Counted from the first letter of the stretch, positions 38,238 through 48,949 are shown. The stretch is DNA of 64,000 bases from an uncultured delta proteobacterium (GCA_963711565.1 CAVQEQ010000003.1:1-64000), one strand, 5' to 3'. Made by a program: numbers and translations. The notes: a model not told the origin generated them from the letters alone.

Positions 38238-40487
38238 TTAGCGGGCGTTCGTGCCGGTCAGGATGGCAGGTGCGCCTGTTGTCGACCCGGTCGTCGACGC
38301 AGATGCTCTGACCTGCGCGGCGGCGGCGGCGAGTTGTTCCCGCTCAAACTCGACTACCATCAGGCCGTGCATAGCGGCGATGCGGGCGTCAACTGCACCA
38401 TCGGCCAGGTTATGCGGGTAAGGAAAATAGACGCGCAACGCCCCGTGGCGATAGGTCTGAATGATCGGTTCAAGCGCGGCGTACGATCCGTAAACGCCCA
38501 CGCTCGCATGCCCCTCGGGCATCGGACCGAGCCATGCGCCAAGACGATAACGCCCGCCCGGATCGGTGACGGGATTCTCTTGTATGGACCAGCCCCCCGC
38601 AGTCGGCCCCGTAAGCCACGAGTCCGGGAGCAGGCCTTTTCGTTGCGCTTCGAGCGGAGTCAGACCGGCGAGGCTGTTTCCGTCGGATAGCCATCGATCG
38701 GCGGCGAGCACGAGGGTGTCGAACATTACCGAGTCGGCGCGCCGGCTCATCTCGAGAGCGGTGACTTGCGCGTAAGGCTTCAATGCATCGGGCGCGGCGC
38801 GATAGATCGTTACTCCGCCGACGGTTTGCGCCGTCGTGCAACAAGCTGACGCGAGCGCATGCCAAGCCTGCGCGTTCGGATCGTCGTCGGCGACGATCAC
38901 CGTGTTGACTGCGTGATGGGCCATGAAAGCGCTCATTTGCGCGCCCGCGTCGGGCAGGTACTCTGCGCCGAGGAATGCGTCAACGATTGGCCAGTCGTGA
39001 AACTCCGGCGGCAGCGTCCCGGTGTATCCGCCGACCATCTTGAAGTACATCGCGGTCTCGGCGTGCCACAGCATACTGTTGCCACGAATCCCGAATGGCA
39101 GCACCAGTGCATTCTCGTTGGGCTCAAGGTACTGGCGATGGAGAGCGGTGGTGAAGAACGCGGGCGAGTCAACGGCGCTGGTCCAGTAACTTCCGGAAAG
39201 GTTCGGCAGCATCGATATTACGATTGTCGCGGCGAGCGCGAATTTCACCGCAGCGCCAAACCGGTTCGCGACAAACCACAACGACGCGATAATCGCGAGC
39301 AGGAGGAAGGGGTACATCATAAAGCGCGCCGGCAGTGCCTTGTCGAGCGCGGGCATCAACCCGAGTATCTTGCCCGGTCCACCGCCAAGCACAGCGCCGC
39401 GAAAGTGGAGTATCGGTCCCATCGCCAGCACGCACGTAATTATCAGCGAATCGACCAGCAGCTTGCCGGTCGGCTCTCGCCAGTGCCACCAGGCATACGC
39501 CGCTGCAAGGACAATGAGCGGCAGCCCGATGTAAGCGTCCTCTTCGGCGATGCCGCAGGTTGCGAACGGCGCCGCCAGACGGTCGATGAACGGTATCGTG
39601 CCGAGTGCGTTCGTTCGCGCAGGCAGTACGAAGTTTAGAAGGTCAGACGAGCAGGCATGCAGCGACCACATCTGTCCGCTCGGCGAGCCGAAGGCGAAAA
39701 GATAGTAGAGATATGGCGCCACGATGACCACCACCGCCGCATAAGCCGCCGCAATCGAGAGCAGTGTTTTCAGGATGCGCTTGCCGGCTTCCGCGGGTGC
39801 GAACGACCATCCCAGCAGCAGCGACATTCCGCCAACGACGGTCATCGTCGCGAACACTTCGATCGAGATCAGAAACTGAGCGACCAGCAGCACAGTCAGC
39901 AATCCAATGAACTTCACAGGCGGGAGTTCCCCCGCTATCGCGCGGACGACCAACAGAACGGCCAGCGGCACTAGGAAGGCGATAGTCAGTTCCAGGGTGC
40001 CGCAACTCTGCTGACCCAACATGTAGGCTGAGAAGCCGAAGATGTAACCGCCCAATAGAGAAGGCCACCACTCGCGACAGATGTAGCGACATAGGATGAA
40101 AGCGGCCCAAGCGTCGAGCGGCAGGCTCACAATGCACAGAACGTTGAAGGCCGGGACTAGTCCAACGCCGGCGGTCAGAGGCCAGGCGGCGGCGCTCGGC
40201 AGCGGGACCGCCGTCGTCCAGGCCAGATTGATTCCTTTCGGCGCCCACAGAACGTCGGTGAAGAACAGGTTCAGGCGGTTGACCAACGCGTGCGGCCACC
40301 AGACGAAGAACCACATCGAGATTGAAGGATCGGGTCCGATCCCGATGTAAGTATCGCGAAAGTGACCGACGAGCGCACGCCCGAAGATAAGAATCGAAAA
40401 TATCAGGTATATCGAAAGAGCGAGGATGCCGTACCGGTCACGTCTATCTGGCGATTCTGCGACGAGAAGCGTGCGCTCCCTTGGCAT
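38238..40487 (-). CDS. Multi-TM GT-C-type glycosyltransferase-like membrane protein
   Basis: GPDPSISMWFFVWWPHAL..WAPKGINLAWTT, DLLNFVLP, AYIGLPL, PARF; large periplasmic C-terminal domain. Confidence 0.65.
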   Translation of the reverse strand: MPRERTLLVAESPDRRDRYGILALSIYLIFSILIFGRALVGHFRDTYIGIGPDPSISMWFFVWWPHALVNRLNLFFTDVLWAPKGINLAWTTAVPLPSAAAWPLTAGVGLVPAFNVLCIVSLPLDAWAAFILCRYICREWWPSLLGGYIFGFSAYMLGQQSCGTLELTIAFLVPLAVLLVVRAIAGELPPVKFIGLLTVLLVAQFLISIEVFATMTVVGGMSLLLGWSFAPAEAGKRILKTLLSIAAAYAAVVVIVAPYLYYLFAFGSPSGQMWSLHACSSDLLNFVLPARTNALGTIPFIDRLAAPFATCGIAEEDAYIGLPLIVLAAAYAWWHWREPTGKLLVDSLIITCVLAMGPILHFRGAVLGGGPGKILGLMPALDKALPARFMMYPFLLLAIIASLWFVANRFGAAVKFALAATIVISMLPNLSGSYWTSAVDSPAFFTTALHRQYLEPNENALVLPFGIRGNSMLWHAETAMYFKMVGGYTGTLPPEFHDWPIVDAFLGAEYLPDAGAQMSAFMAHHAVNTVIVADDDPNAQAWHALASACCTTAQTVGGVTIYRAAPDALKPYAQVTALEMSRRADSVMFDTLVLAADRWLSDGNSLAGLTPLEAQRKGLLPDSWLTGPTAGGWSIQENPVTDPGGRYRLGAWLGPMPEGHASVGVYGSYAALEPIIQTYRHGALRVYFPYPHNLADGAVDARIAAMHGLMVVEFEREQLAAAAAQVRASASTTGSTTGAPAILTGTNAR

Positions 40488-40609
40488 CTCAGGTGCGATT
40501 GTCCCAGCTAGAGAGCGACCGGGCAAGTTGCTACTCTCCGCGCAGCGCACCTTGTTAGATAGAACTCACGACACTGCGAGTGTCGAAAAATCGCATCCGG
40601 GAGAATCGA

Positions 40610-41218
40610 ATGAAACTCTACGACTTCAAGCTCGCCCCCAATCCACGGCGCGTGCGCGTCTTCCTGGCGGAAAAAGAAATCAGCGTCCCGCTCGAGGAAG
40701 TTGACATCTTCAAGGGCGTTAACCGCCAACCCGAGTTCCTCAAAAAGAACTCACTCGGCGGCATCCCAGTGCTCGAACTGGACGACGGCAGGCATCTCGC
40801 CGAGAGCGTCGCGATCTGCCGCTACTTCGAGCTGCTCCATCCGGAGCCGGCGTTGTTCGGCAAGGGCGCATTCGAGCAGGCGAGCGTCGAGATGTGGAAT
40901 CGGCGGATCGAATTGGCCGTGCTGGTGCCGGTCGGGATGGTGTGGGCGCATTCGCACGAGCTGACTCGCGCGCGCATCAAGCAGATTCCGGAAATGGGTG
41001 AGCAGAGCCGCAAAGTCGTCGAGCAGCGCTACCGATGGCTCGATCGCGAGCTCGAGGGGAAGCAGTTCATCGCGGGCGACAAATACTCAATCGCGGATAT
41101 CACCGCGATGGTCGTCATCGACTTCGCGAAGTTCAACAACATTTCGATTGAGCCGGAGCAGAAGAATCTCGCGCGATGGCATCAGGCAGTCTCGTCGCGC
41201 CCGAGCGCAGCCGCCTAA
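40610..41218 (+). CDS. Glutathione S-transferase family protein
   Basis: APNPRRVRVFLAEK, IPVLELDDG..ESVAICRY, YSIADI. Confidence 0.92.
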   Translation: MKLYDFKLAPNPRRVRVFLAEKEISVPLEEVDIFKGVNRQPEFLKKNSLGGIPVLELDDGRHLAESVAICRYFELLHPEPALFGKGAFEQASVEMWNRRIELAVLVPVGMVWAHSHELTRARIKQIPEMGEQSRKVVEQRYRWLDRELEGKQFIAGDKYSIADITAMVVIDFAKFNNISIEPEQKNLARWHQAVSSRPSAAA

Positions 41219-41238
41219 CCGGCGACGCGGCCCAGTCT

Positions 41239-41739
41239 TTAATCGACGCGTCCGTGGATTCCACAGGTCGGCGCGATACCCATCCGCTCGTAGTAGCGCT
41301 GGTGATATTCCTCGGCGCGGTAGAACTCACCGGCGGGCGCGATCTGCGTAACGACCGGGCGCCCGAGCTTGTCGGATTCATCGAGCCGCCGTTTGGATTC
41401 CTCGGCGGTCTTACGCTCGTTCTCATCGGAATAAAAGATGACCGAGCGGTATTGCGTGCCGACGTCAGGACCCTGGCGGTTGAGCGTCGTCGGATCGTGA
41501 ATCTGCCAAAAGACTTCCAGCAGTTGCTCGAACGATACGCGCGCGGGGTCGTACTCGACCTGCACGACTTCGGCGTGTCCCGTCTTGCCACCGCAAACGG
41601 TCCGATAGCTGGGCTTCGGCACGGTGCCGCCCGCGTAGCCGACGGCCACATCGACGACGCCCTCGAGCGCGCGAAAAGCCGACTCGACACCCCAGAAGCA
41701 TCCGGCGCCAAATACCGCAAGTTTGTGCGTGTTGCTCAT
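41239..41739 (-). CDS. msrA: Peptide-methionine (S)-S-oxide reductase
   Basis: GAGCFWGVE, TGHAEVV, HDPTTLNRQGPDVGTQYRS, AEEYHQRY. Confidence 0.96.
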   Translation of the reverse strand: MSNTHKLAVFGAGCFWGVESAFRALEGVVDVAVGYAGGTVPKPSYRTVCGGKTGHAEVVQVEYDPARVSFEQLLEVFWQIHDPTTLNRQGPDVGTQYRSVIFYSDENERKTAEESKRRLDESDKLGRPVVTQIAPAGEFYRAEEYHQRYYERMGIAPTCGIHGRVD

Positions 41740-41856
41740 TTGCCTACTTAACGATGACTCGAAGCGCGAATCAATCCTCGCCCGGCCCGGTGAAAAGGCG
41801 AAAGCCCGCGCCGCCACTGTCCGATCGCTCCAAACCTGTGCCATTATTCAAGCGCA

Positions 41857-42687
41857 ATGACAAGTATCATGGCGAACAATAACCTGCGTTTCCTGAACTC
41901 GATCCTTGTTCTCGCGGCTGTTCTTGGTTTGTGGCGTCCGGTGGAAGCGGGTGCCGGGGATCTCAAGATCGCCGCCGCCTCCGATCTGACCTTCGCGTTC
42001 AAGGACGTAACCGCCCAATTTGAAAAGCAAACCGGCAACACCATCAAGCTTGCCTACGGCTCATCGGGAAATTTCTTCGCGCAGATTCAAAATGGCGCGC
42101 CGTTCGACCTGTTCTTTTCGGCCGATGTAGAGTATCCGAAAAAGCTCGCGGCCTTGGGTCTGATTGAACCCGGCTCTATCTACGAATATGCGAGCGGAAA
42201 ACTCGTGGTATGGGTTCCCAACGGATCGAAACTCGATCTCAGCCACGGTCTTGAGACGCTGCTCGATCCCGGCATCAGAAAGATCGCGATCGCCAATCCA
42301 CTGCACGCACCGTATGGCGCCGCGGCGGTTTCGGCGATACGCGAGGCGGGAATTTACGACAAGGTAAACAGCAAGTTCGTGCTCGGCGAAAATATCTCGC
42401 AGACCGCGCAGTTCGTTCAATCCGGCAACGCCGACATCGGCATCCTCGCGCTGTCGCTCGCGGTCGCGCCCGCGATGAAGGACAAGGGACGTTACGTCGA
42501 AATCCCGGCGACGGATTATCCACCTATCATCCAGGCCGCCGCGATTTTGAAATCGTCGCGTAATAAGGAACTCGCGAATCAGTTTATGAAGTTCATCAAG
42601 CAGCCTGATACTGTGGCGCTGATGGCGCGATACGGTTTCTCGATTCCGACGGCCGCCGAACAGGGAGCGACGGCCGCGCCGCACTGA
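41857..42687 (+). CDS. modA: Molybdate ABC transporter substrate-binding protein
   Basis: IAAASDL, YGSSG, IAIANPLHAPYG, GENISQ. Confidence 0.93.
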   Translation: MTSIMANNNLRFLNSILVLAAVLGLWRPVEAGAGDLKIAAASDLTFAFKDVTAQFEKQTGNTIKLAYGSSGNFFAQIQNGAPFDLFFSADVEYPKKLAALGLIEPGSIYEYASGKLVVWVPNGSKLDLSHGLETLLDPGIRKIAIANPLHAPYGAAAVSAIREAGIYDKVNSKFVLGENISQTAQFVQSGNADIGILALSLAVAPAMKDKGRYVEIPATDYPPIIQAAAILKSSRNKELANQFMKFIKQPDTVALMARYGFSIPTAAEQGATAAPH

Positions 42688-42693
42688 CCACCG

Positions 42694-43371
42694 ATGGATT
42701 GGCGCGCGATCTTCCTGACCCTTCGGCTCGCGCTGGTCGTCTGCACAACTCTGCTGATAATCGGGACGCCGATCGCGCTGTGGCTCAGCTTCACGCGCTG
42801 GCGATGGAAATTCTTCGTCGAGTCCGTCGTGGCGCTGCCACTCGTGCTCCCGCCCACCGTGCTCGGCTTCTACGTACTGGTCGCGATGGGCTCGAACAGT
42901 CCCGTCGGCCGCTGGTATCAGTCGTTCACCGGCCACGGCTTGCCGTTCACATTCGAGGGCCTGGCGATCGCGTCGGTCATCTACAGCCTGCCGTTCGCGG
43001 TCCAGCCGATGGCGGCGGCGTTCTCGCAGGTGGATCGCAATCTGATCAACGCGTCGTCGATACTCGGTGCGTCGCGCATACGCACTTTCACTCGCGTCGT
43101 GCTGCCGCTGTCGATTGGCGGCGTCGTCACCGGATTCGTGCTGAGCTTCGCGCATACGCTCGGCGAGTTCGGGGTTGTGTTGATGGTCGGCGGCAATATC
43201 CCGGGCGTGACGCGAACGATCTCGATTGCGATTTACGATCAGACGCAGGCGCTCGACTATGCGGGCGCGAATCGGATGGCGCTGGTGCTATTGGCGTTTG
43301 CCTTCGTCACGCTGTCGATCACGTATTCGCTCAACCGCCGGGTCTGGGCGGTGTGGCCGATGCATCGCTAG
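42694..43371 (+). CDS. modB: Molybdate ABC transporter permease
   Basis: LPLVLPPTVLGFY, FAHTLGEFGVVLMVGGNIPG. Confidence 0.95.
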   Translation: MDWRAIFLTLRLALVVCTTLLIIGTPIALWLSFTRWRWKFFVESVVALPLVLPPTVLGFYVLVAMGSNSPVGRWYQSFTGHGLPFTFEGLAIASVIYSLPFAVQPMAAAFSQVDRNLINASSILGASRIRTFTRVVLPLSIGGVVTGFVLSFAHTLGEFGVVLMVGGNIPGVTRTISIAIYDQTQALDYAGANRMALVLLAFAFVTLSITYSLNRRVWAVWPMHR

Positions 43372-43384
43372 CGGCCCGCGAACG

Positions 43385-44491
43385 ATGGCCCCCGACAACG
43401 GCTTATGGGTGCGCATCACGCATCGGCTCTCGAACAGCTTCGCACTCGAGGCTGCATTCGAGGCGTCGGCAGGCTTCACGATGATCCTGGGGCCGTCGGG
43501 CGGCGGCAAGACAACCCTGCTCAATTGCATCGCCGGATTCGCGCGGCCCGACGAGGGGCGCATCGCACTCGGCCCGCGGGTGTTGTTCGATTCGGACGAA
43601 CGCATCGACCTGCCGGCGGCAGAGCGTAGGTTAGGATACGTCTTTCAGAACCTCGCGCTGTTCCCCCATCTGACGGTCGCGCAAAATGTTCAATACGGAA
43701 TCGTGAAACTGCCCGCCGAGGAACGGCGCGCGCGCATGATGACGATGCTCGATTCGTTTCACATCGCGCAGCTTATCGCGCGCAAGCCCGGCGAGATTTC
43801 CGGCGGCGAGCGCCAGCGGGTCGCACTCGCGCGCTCGCTGGTGACGAATCCCTCAGTGCTGATGCTCGACGAGCCGTTGTCCGCGCTCGACCACGCAACC
43901 AAATCCAAAATCCTCGACGACCTGCGCGCCTGGAACACAGCCCACGAAATTCCAATCCTGTACGTAACCCATTCGGCTGAAGAAGCCTTCGCGCTGGGAG
44001 AGCGTGTAGTGGTGCTGGAAGGCGGCCGGATCCTCGCGCAGGGGATGCCGCAATTCGTCCTTACAACACCGCGCCACGAAACGATCGCCCAGGTAGTGGG
44101 TTTCGAAAACGTCTTCGACGCAACAGTAAAATCAATCGCAGAGACCCAAGGCACGATGCTCTGTCAGTTGGACGGGAGCCCAGCCCAATTGGAAGTCCCA
44201 CTAGGCCACGCAGAGACGGGAGCGCGAGTAAGAATAGCGATCCGCGCCGGCGACATAATCATCGCGGGCGAGCAACCGCACAACCTGAGCGCCCGCAATT
44301 CTTTTCAGGGAAGAATCCAGTCGATCCGCCGCGAGGGCGTGCGGGTAACAGTAATGGTCGAAGCCGGCGCAAATTTCGAGATCCACCTGACTCCGGCCGC
44401 AATCGACGACTTGCGATTGGAAGACGGAAAGGAAGTCTGGCTGGTGATCAAGACCTACTCGTGCAACCTGGTCGAGCCTTCGACGCGATAA
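43385..44491 (+). CDS. modC: Molybdate ABC transporter ATPase with TOBE domain
   Basis: GPSGGGKT, ISGGERQR, LDEPLSALD, LSARN, C-terminal Mop/TOBE region. Confidence 0.92.
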   Translation: MAPDNGLWVRITHRLSNSFALEAAFEASAGFTMILGPSGGGKTTLLNCIAGFARPDEGRIALGPRVLFDSDERIDLPAAERRLGYVFQNLALFPHLTVAQNVQYGIVKLPAEERRARMMTMLDSFHIAQLIARKPGEISGGERQRVALARSLVTNPSVLMLDEPLSALDHATKSKILDDLRAWNTAHEIPILYVTHSAEEAFALGERVVVLEGGRILAQGMPQFVLTTPRHETIAQVVGFENVFDATVKSIAETQGTMLCQLDGSPAQLEVPLGHAETGARVRIAIRAGDIIIAGEQPHNLSARNSFQGRIQSIRREGVRVTVMVEAGANFEIHLTPAAIDDLRLEDGKEVWLVIKTYSCNLVEPSTR

Positions 44492-44524
44492 TCACGCCAA
44501 ATACGGCGCGCTGGCTTGGAGGGA

Positions 44525-44601
44525 TGGTGCCCCCTGCGGGATTCGAACCCACGGCCCCAGGATTAGGAATCCTGTGCTCTATCCATCTGAGCTAAGGGGG
44601 C
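44525..44601 (-). tRNA. tRNA-Arg (anticodon CCT)
   Basis: Reverse complement GCCCCCTTAGCTCAG...CAGGA-TTCCTAA-TCCTG...GGTTCGAATCCC..AGGGGGCACCA. Confidence 0.95.
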
Positions 44602-44619
44602 GAGCTGAATACTTGGTCA

Positions 44620-44693
44620 TATCAAACAGTTGCGAGCCTTGCGACCCTGGCATTGGGTTCAGCCTCCTTTTCAGTGCCCAGATCGGTGCCCAG
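44620..44693. mobile_element. Possible att-site remnant (IHF box plus arm-type direct repeats)
   Basis: TATCAAACAGTTG (44620-44632) matches WATCAANNNNTTR; GTGCCCAG at 44674 and 44686; abuts the tRNA 5' end. Confidence 0.45.
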
Positions 44694-44846
44694 TCCCCGC
44701 CAGATTCCGCAAGAACGCCTCTGTAAAACGGTCGGAGGCAAAAGGAAAAGCAAAGGGCGCCATCTACAAGCAATAACAACGGTTCACGTGGTATCGTCCG
44801 ACGGAATCGAGCGGATTGTCCGCGGTTTTAGAGATTGAACGAAGTC

Positions 44847-45443
44847 ATGAATGAAGCGCCGCCCGTCGTTTACCTCGCGCGGCACGGTGAGACTGTGTGG
44901 AGTCTTTCGGGCCAACACACCGGGCTTACCGATCTGCCGTTGACCGAGCGCGGCGAGCGCAACGCACGCCGGCTTGCTGATAGGCTCGAGGGACTGAGTT
45001 TCAAGCGGGTGTTCACCAGCCCGTTGCAACGCGCGGTGCGGACGTGCGAGTTGGCAGGCTTCGGCGCGCAGGCCGAAGTCGATCGCGACTTGGTCGAATG
45101 GAACTACGGAGAATACGAAGGGCGACGGACGGAGGACATCCATGCGGAGCGCCCGGACTGGCAACTATTTCGCGACGGTTGTCCAGGCGGCGAGTCACCC
45201 GGGCGGGTCGGCGTGCGGGCCGACCGAGTCGTGAAGCGTTTGCGCGAGATTGCGGGCAGCGTGCTGATTTTTTCGAGCGGTCACTTTCTGCGAGTACTGA
45301 GCGCGCGTTGGCTCGGGCTGGAACCGCTCGCGGGCAAGTACTTGCTGCTCAGCACGGCGAGCTTGAGCGCTCTGGGTTACGAACACAATTTATCCCAGCC
45401 GGTTATTCAACTTTGGAACGATACGAATCATGTGGGCTCATGA
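44847..45443 (+). CDS. Histidine phosphatase (phosphoglycerate mutase) family protein
   Basis: LARHGETVWS..HTG.TD, SPLQRA, EWNYGEYEG, SSGHFLR. Confidence 0.9.
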   Translation: MNEAPPVVYLARHGETVWSLSGQHTGLTDLPLTERGERNARRLADRLEGLSFKRVFTSPLQRAVRTCELAGFGAQAEVDRDLVEWNYGEYEGRRTEDIHAERPDWQLFRDGCPGGESPGRVGVRADRVVKRLREIAGSVLIFSSGHFLRVLSARWLGLEPLAGKYLLLSTASLSALGYEHNLSQPVIQLWNDTNHVGS

Positions 45444-45516
45444 CCGTCGCCGCGGTACTTTCAACTGTACCTGGCGAAGCCCGGCATACACTAAACAAAG
45501 CTCTGGAGGTGCGACC

Positions 45517-46593
45517 ATGAAGGCTACTCAAACGCTCCACAATCTTGGGCAGAGCATCTGGCTCGACAATATCACGCGCGAACTGCTCGATAGCGGCACG
45601 CTCAAACGCTACATCAGCGATCTGTCGGTCACGGGCTTGACCTCGAATCCGACGATCTTCGACCACGCGATCGCTCACAGCAAGTCGTACGATCCCGAAA
45701 TTCGCCGGCTGGTGGGCACAGGCCTTGCCGGTGAATCATTGTTCTTCGAGCTGGCGGTGCAGGACTTGACGCGCGCCGCCGATCTGTTCGCGCCAATCAA
45801 CGAACGCACGGCTGGCGTCGATGGCTTCGTATCGCTGGAAGTGTCGCCGGTTCTCGCCTACGACACAAAAGCTACGGTGGAGCAGGCCAAAGCTCTTCAC
45901 AAGAAAGCCAACCGGCGGAACTTGTTCATCAAAATTCCGGGCACGAGGGAAGGAGCGCCTGCGATCGAAGAGGCGATCTTTTCGGGCGTGCCGGTGAACG
46001 TGACCCTGCTGTTCTCGCGCGACCACTACGTGGCCGCCGCCGAGGCTTATATGCGCGGGCTGGAGCGGCGCATCTCTGCCGGTCTGAGCCCGGAAGTCCG
46101 CTCGGTGGCGTCGCTTTTCATCAGCCGCTGGGACAAGGCCACGATGGATAAAGTGCCCGACAAGGATCGCGACAAGCTGGGAGTCGCCATCGGCCAGCAA
46201 ACTTACAAGGCGTATCGCGACGTACTGGAGTCGGATCGTTGGCAGCGGCTGACGAACTCTGGTGCGCGCGCCCAACGGCTGCTGTTTGCAAGCACTGGCA
46301 CTAAAGATCCCAAGGCCTCCGATGTCCTCTATATAGGCGCGCTGGCCGCTCCGAACACGGTCAACACAATGCCGGAGGAGACATTGCTCGCGTTCGGCGA
46401 ACACGGTCAGGCGAGCGGCGTCATCCCGCGTGACGGCGCGGACTGCGAAGAAGTGCTGGCAGAGTTCGGACGGGTTGGAATCGATGTGGCAAAGCTTGGC
46501 GCCGACCTGCAGACGGAAGGAGCCAAGTCCTTCGTCAACTCGTGGCAGGACCTGTTGAAGTCTATCGAGACCAAGAGCAACGCGCTCAAGTAG
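45517..46593 (+). CDS. tal: Transaldolase
   Basis: GGAGG RBS; GQSIWLDNITR, GLTSNPTIF, VSLEVSP, FIKIPGT, NVTLLFS, ASTGTK. Confidence 0.95.
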   Translation: MKATQTLHNLGQSIWLDNITRELLDSGTLKRYISDLSVTGLTSNPTIFDHAIAHSKSYDPEIRRLVGTGLAGESLFFELAVQDLTRAADLFAPINERTAGVDGFVSLEVSPVLAYDTKATVEQAKALHKKANRRNLFIKIPGTREGAPAIEEAIFSGVPVNVTLLFSRDHYVAAAEAYMRGLERRISAGLSPEVRSVASLFISRWDKATMDKVPDKDRDKLGVAIGQQTYKAYRDVLESDRWQRLTNSGARAQRLLFASTGTKDPKASDVLYIGALAAPNTVNTMPEETLLAFGEHGQASGVIPRDGADCEEVLAEFGRVGIDVAKLGADLQTEGAKSFVNSWQDLLKSIETKSNALK

Positions 46594-46637
46594 CGATGGA
46601 ACATTCAAGCTGAAGTTCGGACACGCCCGGCCCTCTC

Positions 46638-47069
46638 TTACTCCTCCTTTGGAGTAGTGCTGGCTGGGCCCTTGAGCGCGTAATGCATCGCATAGTCGGG
46701 ATCGCCTCCCGCCTGCACCCATATCGCCAGATCGGCCAACGTAAGATCCTCGCGGGTAAGCGCCATCTCGCGCAGGATACCGACCGTCGCGGCGCGCTCG
46801 TCCTCGAGCTCTTCGCGCTTGATGCGTAGTTCCTCGGCCTGCGCTTTCTGTGACTGCGCCTGCGCGCGGATTAACTCAACGTTGGCCGCATTCAGTTCGC
46901 GACTGGATTGCGTGCTGATGTAGCCGGTCGCCGTAGTGCCGGCCGTCCCGGCGAGCGATGCCGCGCCCTCGACGCCGGGCGCCGCAAGCAAGGCGCATCC
47001 GGAAGCCATAAACGCGAGGGCAACCAAGGCGATGATTCGGACCGACACGTTCTGACGGGTCTGACACAT
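46638..47069 (-). CDS. Hypothetical lipoprotein with coiled coil
   Basis: Lipobox-like MASGC after hydrophobic stretch; GGAGG RBS; Q/E/K-rich helix. Confidence 0.65.
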   Translation of the reverse strand: MCQTRQNVSVRIIALVALAFMASGCALLAAPGVEGAASLAGTAGTTATGYISTQSSRELNAANVELIRAQAQSQKAQAEELRIKREELEDERAATVGILREMALTREDLTLADLAIWVQAGGDPDYAMHYALKGPASTTPKEE

Positions 47070-47269
47070 CCTGATCGCCCCTCCACGGGCTTGTAATATG
47101 TACGTAGCGCCGCGTCGTCGGATGCGTCGGACCTGTCGGCGTTGAAGACTCCCGCGGATGTCCCGTCAAATCTGCGCCATTTCGCGGGGGCGCGCGCTGA
47201 TGTACAAATCATTAGTCAGGTTTCATTTGAGCGCCTGGCCACCGATCCGGTCGCGACTGGAAATACCAC

Positions 47270-48949
47270 ATGGCGGATGACAAAAATTCTCTCCGATCGA
47301 ATAGTAGCGTGTTGGTTGACGGGCCTTCGCGGGCGCCGGCGCGCGCAATGCTCAAGGCCGTCGGGTTTACTGATGAAGACTTGAGCAAACCGCTTATCGC
47401 CGTCGCACATACGTGGATCGAGATCATGCCGTGCACGGCGCATCTGCGGGATCTGGCCGAGCACGTTAAGCGCGGGATTCGCGCGGCGGGGGCTACGCCG
47501 ATTGAGTTCAACACGATTGCCGTTTGCGACGGGATCTCGATGGGGACGCACGGCATGCGCGCATCCTTGATTAGCCGCGAAGTGATCGCCGACTCGATCG
47601 AGCTCACCGTGCGCGGGCATCTGTTCGACGGCGTCGTCGCAATGTCGGGATGCGACAAAACGATTCCCGCAACCGTCATGGCGTTGCAGCGGCTCGACCT
47701 CCCGTCGCTGATGATTTACGGCGGCTCGATCCAGCCGGGGCGCTTTGGCGATCAGCAGGTTTCGATCCAGGACGTGTTCGAAGCCGTGGGAGCGCATTCG
47801 GCCGGCAAGATGAAGCTCGAGGATCTCAAGAAACTTGAAGACGTCGCGTGTCCCGGAGTTGGCGCATGCGGCGGGCAATTCACCGCTAACACGATGGCGC
47901 TGGCGACCGAGCTGCTGGGAATCTCGCCGATGGGCTCGAACAGTATTCCCGCGACCGATCCTAAAAAGCCGGAGAGCGCGTTCCAGGCCGGACGGCTCGT
48001 CGTCGATTTGCTCAAGAAAAAACTCAAACCGAGCCAGATAATCACGAAGAAGGCGCTCGAGAACGCGATCGCGTCGGTCGCGATGACGGGCGGCTCGACC
48101 AACGCGGTTCTGCATCTGCTCGCGATCGCGCACGAGGCGGGAATCGCGCTCGACATCGAAGACTTCGATCGCATCAGCTCGCGTACTCCGCTGCTGGCGG
48201 ACCTGAAGCCGGGCGGGCGGTTCCTCGCGACCGATATGTACAAGGCGGGCGGGATCCCGCTGATCGCAAGACGCCTCAAGGAAGCCCTGCTGCACGAAAA
48301 CGAAATGACGGTGACCGGCAGAACGATCGGCGTCGAGGCCGAGGCGGCGCGCGAGACTGCCGGGCAGGAAGTCGTGCGGCCGGTCACTAAACCAATCAAA
48401 CAAACCGGCGGGCTGGTGATTTTGAAGGGCAACCTCGCGCCGGAAGGATGCGTGGTCAAGGTCGCGGGGCACGAGCGCATGACACATCGCGGGCCCGCGC
48501 GCGTGTTCGATTGTGAGGACGACGCCTTCAAAGCGGTCTCGGCACAGAAGATCAAGCCGGGCGACGTCGTCGTCATCCGCTACGAAGGCCCGCGTGGCGC
48601 GCCGGGGATGCCCGAGATGCTCGGCGTCACGGCGGCGCTGTCGGGCCAGGGTCTTGGTGAATCGGTCAGCCTGCTGACGGACGGGCGATTCTCGGGCGCG
48701 ACGCACGGCCTGATGGCTGGGCACGTCGCGCCGGAAGCCGCGGTCGGCGGCCCGATAGCGGCGGTCCGCGATGGCGACGTGATAACGTTCGATATCGCGA
48801 AGCGCCGACTCGACGTTGCGCTCAGCGACGAGGAACTCCGGACGCGGCTTAAGAATTGGAAAGCGCCTGAGCCTCATTACAAGAGCGGGGTGATGGCGAA
48901 GTACGCACAGACAGTATCGTCATCGTCGCGCGGGGCTGTGACAAATTGA
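47270..48949 (+). CDS. ilvD: Dihydroxy-acid dehydratase
   Basis: [48 protein letters not shown]. Confidence 0.96.
   Translation: MADDKNSLRSNSSVLVDGPSRAPARAMLKAVGFTDEDLSKPLIAVAHTWIEIMPCTAHLRDLAEHVKRGIRAAGATPIEFNTIAVCDGISMGTHGMRASLISREVIADSIELTVRGHLFDGVVAMSGCDKTIPATVMALQRLDLPSLMIYGGSIQPGRFGDQQVSIQDVFEAVGAHSAGKMKLEDLKKLEDVACPGVGACGGQFTANTMALATELLGISPMGSNSIPATDPKKPESAFQAGRLVVDLLKKKLKPSQIITKKALENAIASVAMTGGSTNAVLHLLAIAHEAGIALDIEDFDRISSRTPLLADLKPGGRFLATDMYKAGGIPLIARRLKEALLHENEMTVTGRTIGVEAEAARETAGQEVVRPVTKPIKQTGGLVILKGNLAPEGCVVKVAGHERMTHRGPARVFDCEDDAFKAVSAQKIKPGDVVVIRYEGPRGAPGMPEMLGVTAALSGQGLGESVSLLTDGRFSGATHGLMAGHVAPEAAVGGPIAAVRDGDVITFDIAKRRLDVALSDEELRTRLKNWKAPEPHYKSGVMAKYAQTVSSSSRGAVTN

Noticed and set aside
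41740-41870. ModE box or Moco riboswitch before modABC
   Set aside because: No match to either that I can recognise
47216-48877. Long antisense ORFs (e.g. 553 aa opposite ilvD, 437 aa at 12533, 456 aa at 30866, 414 aa at 20087)
   Set aside because: Stop-poor shadow frames expected in high-GC coding DNA; no motifs, and each overlaps a well-supported gene
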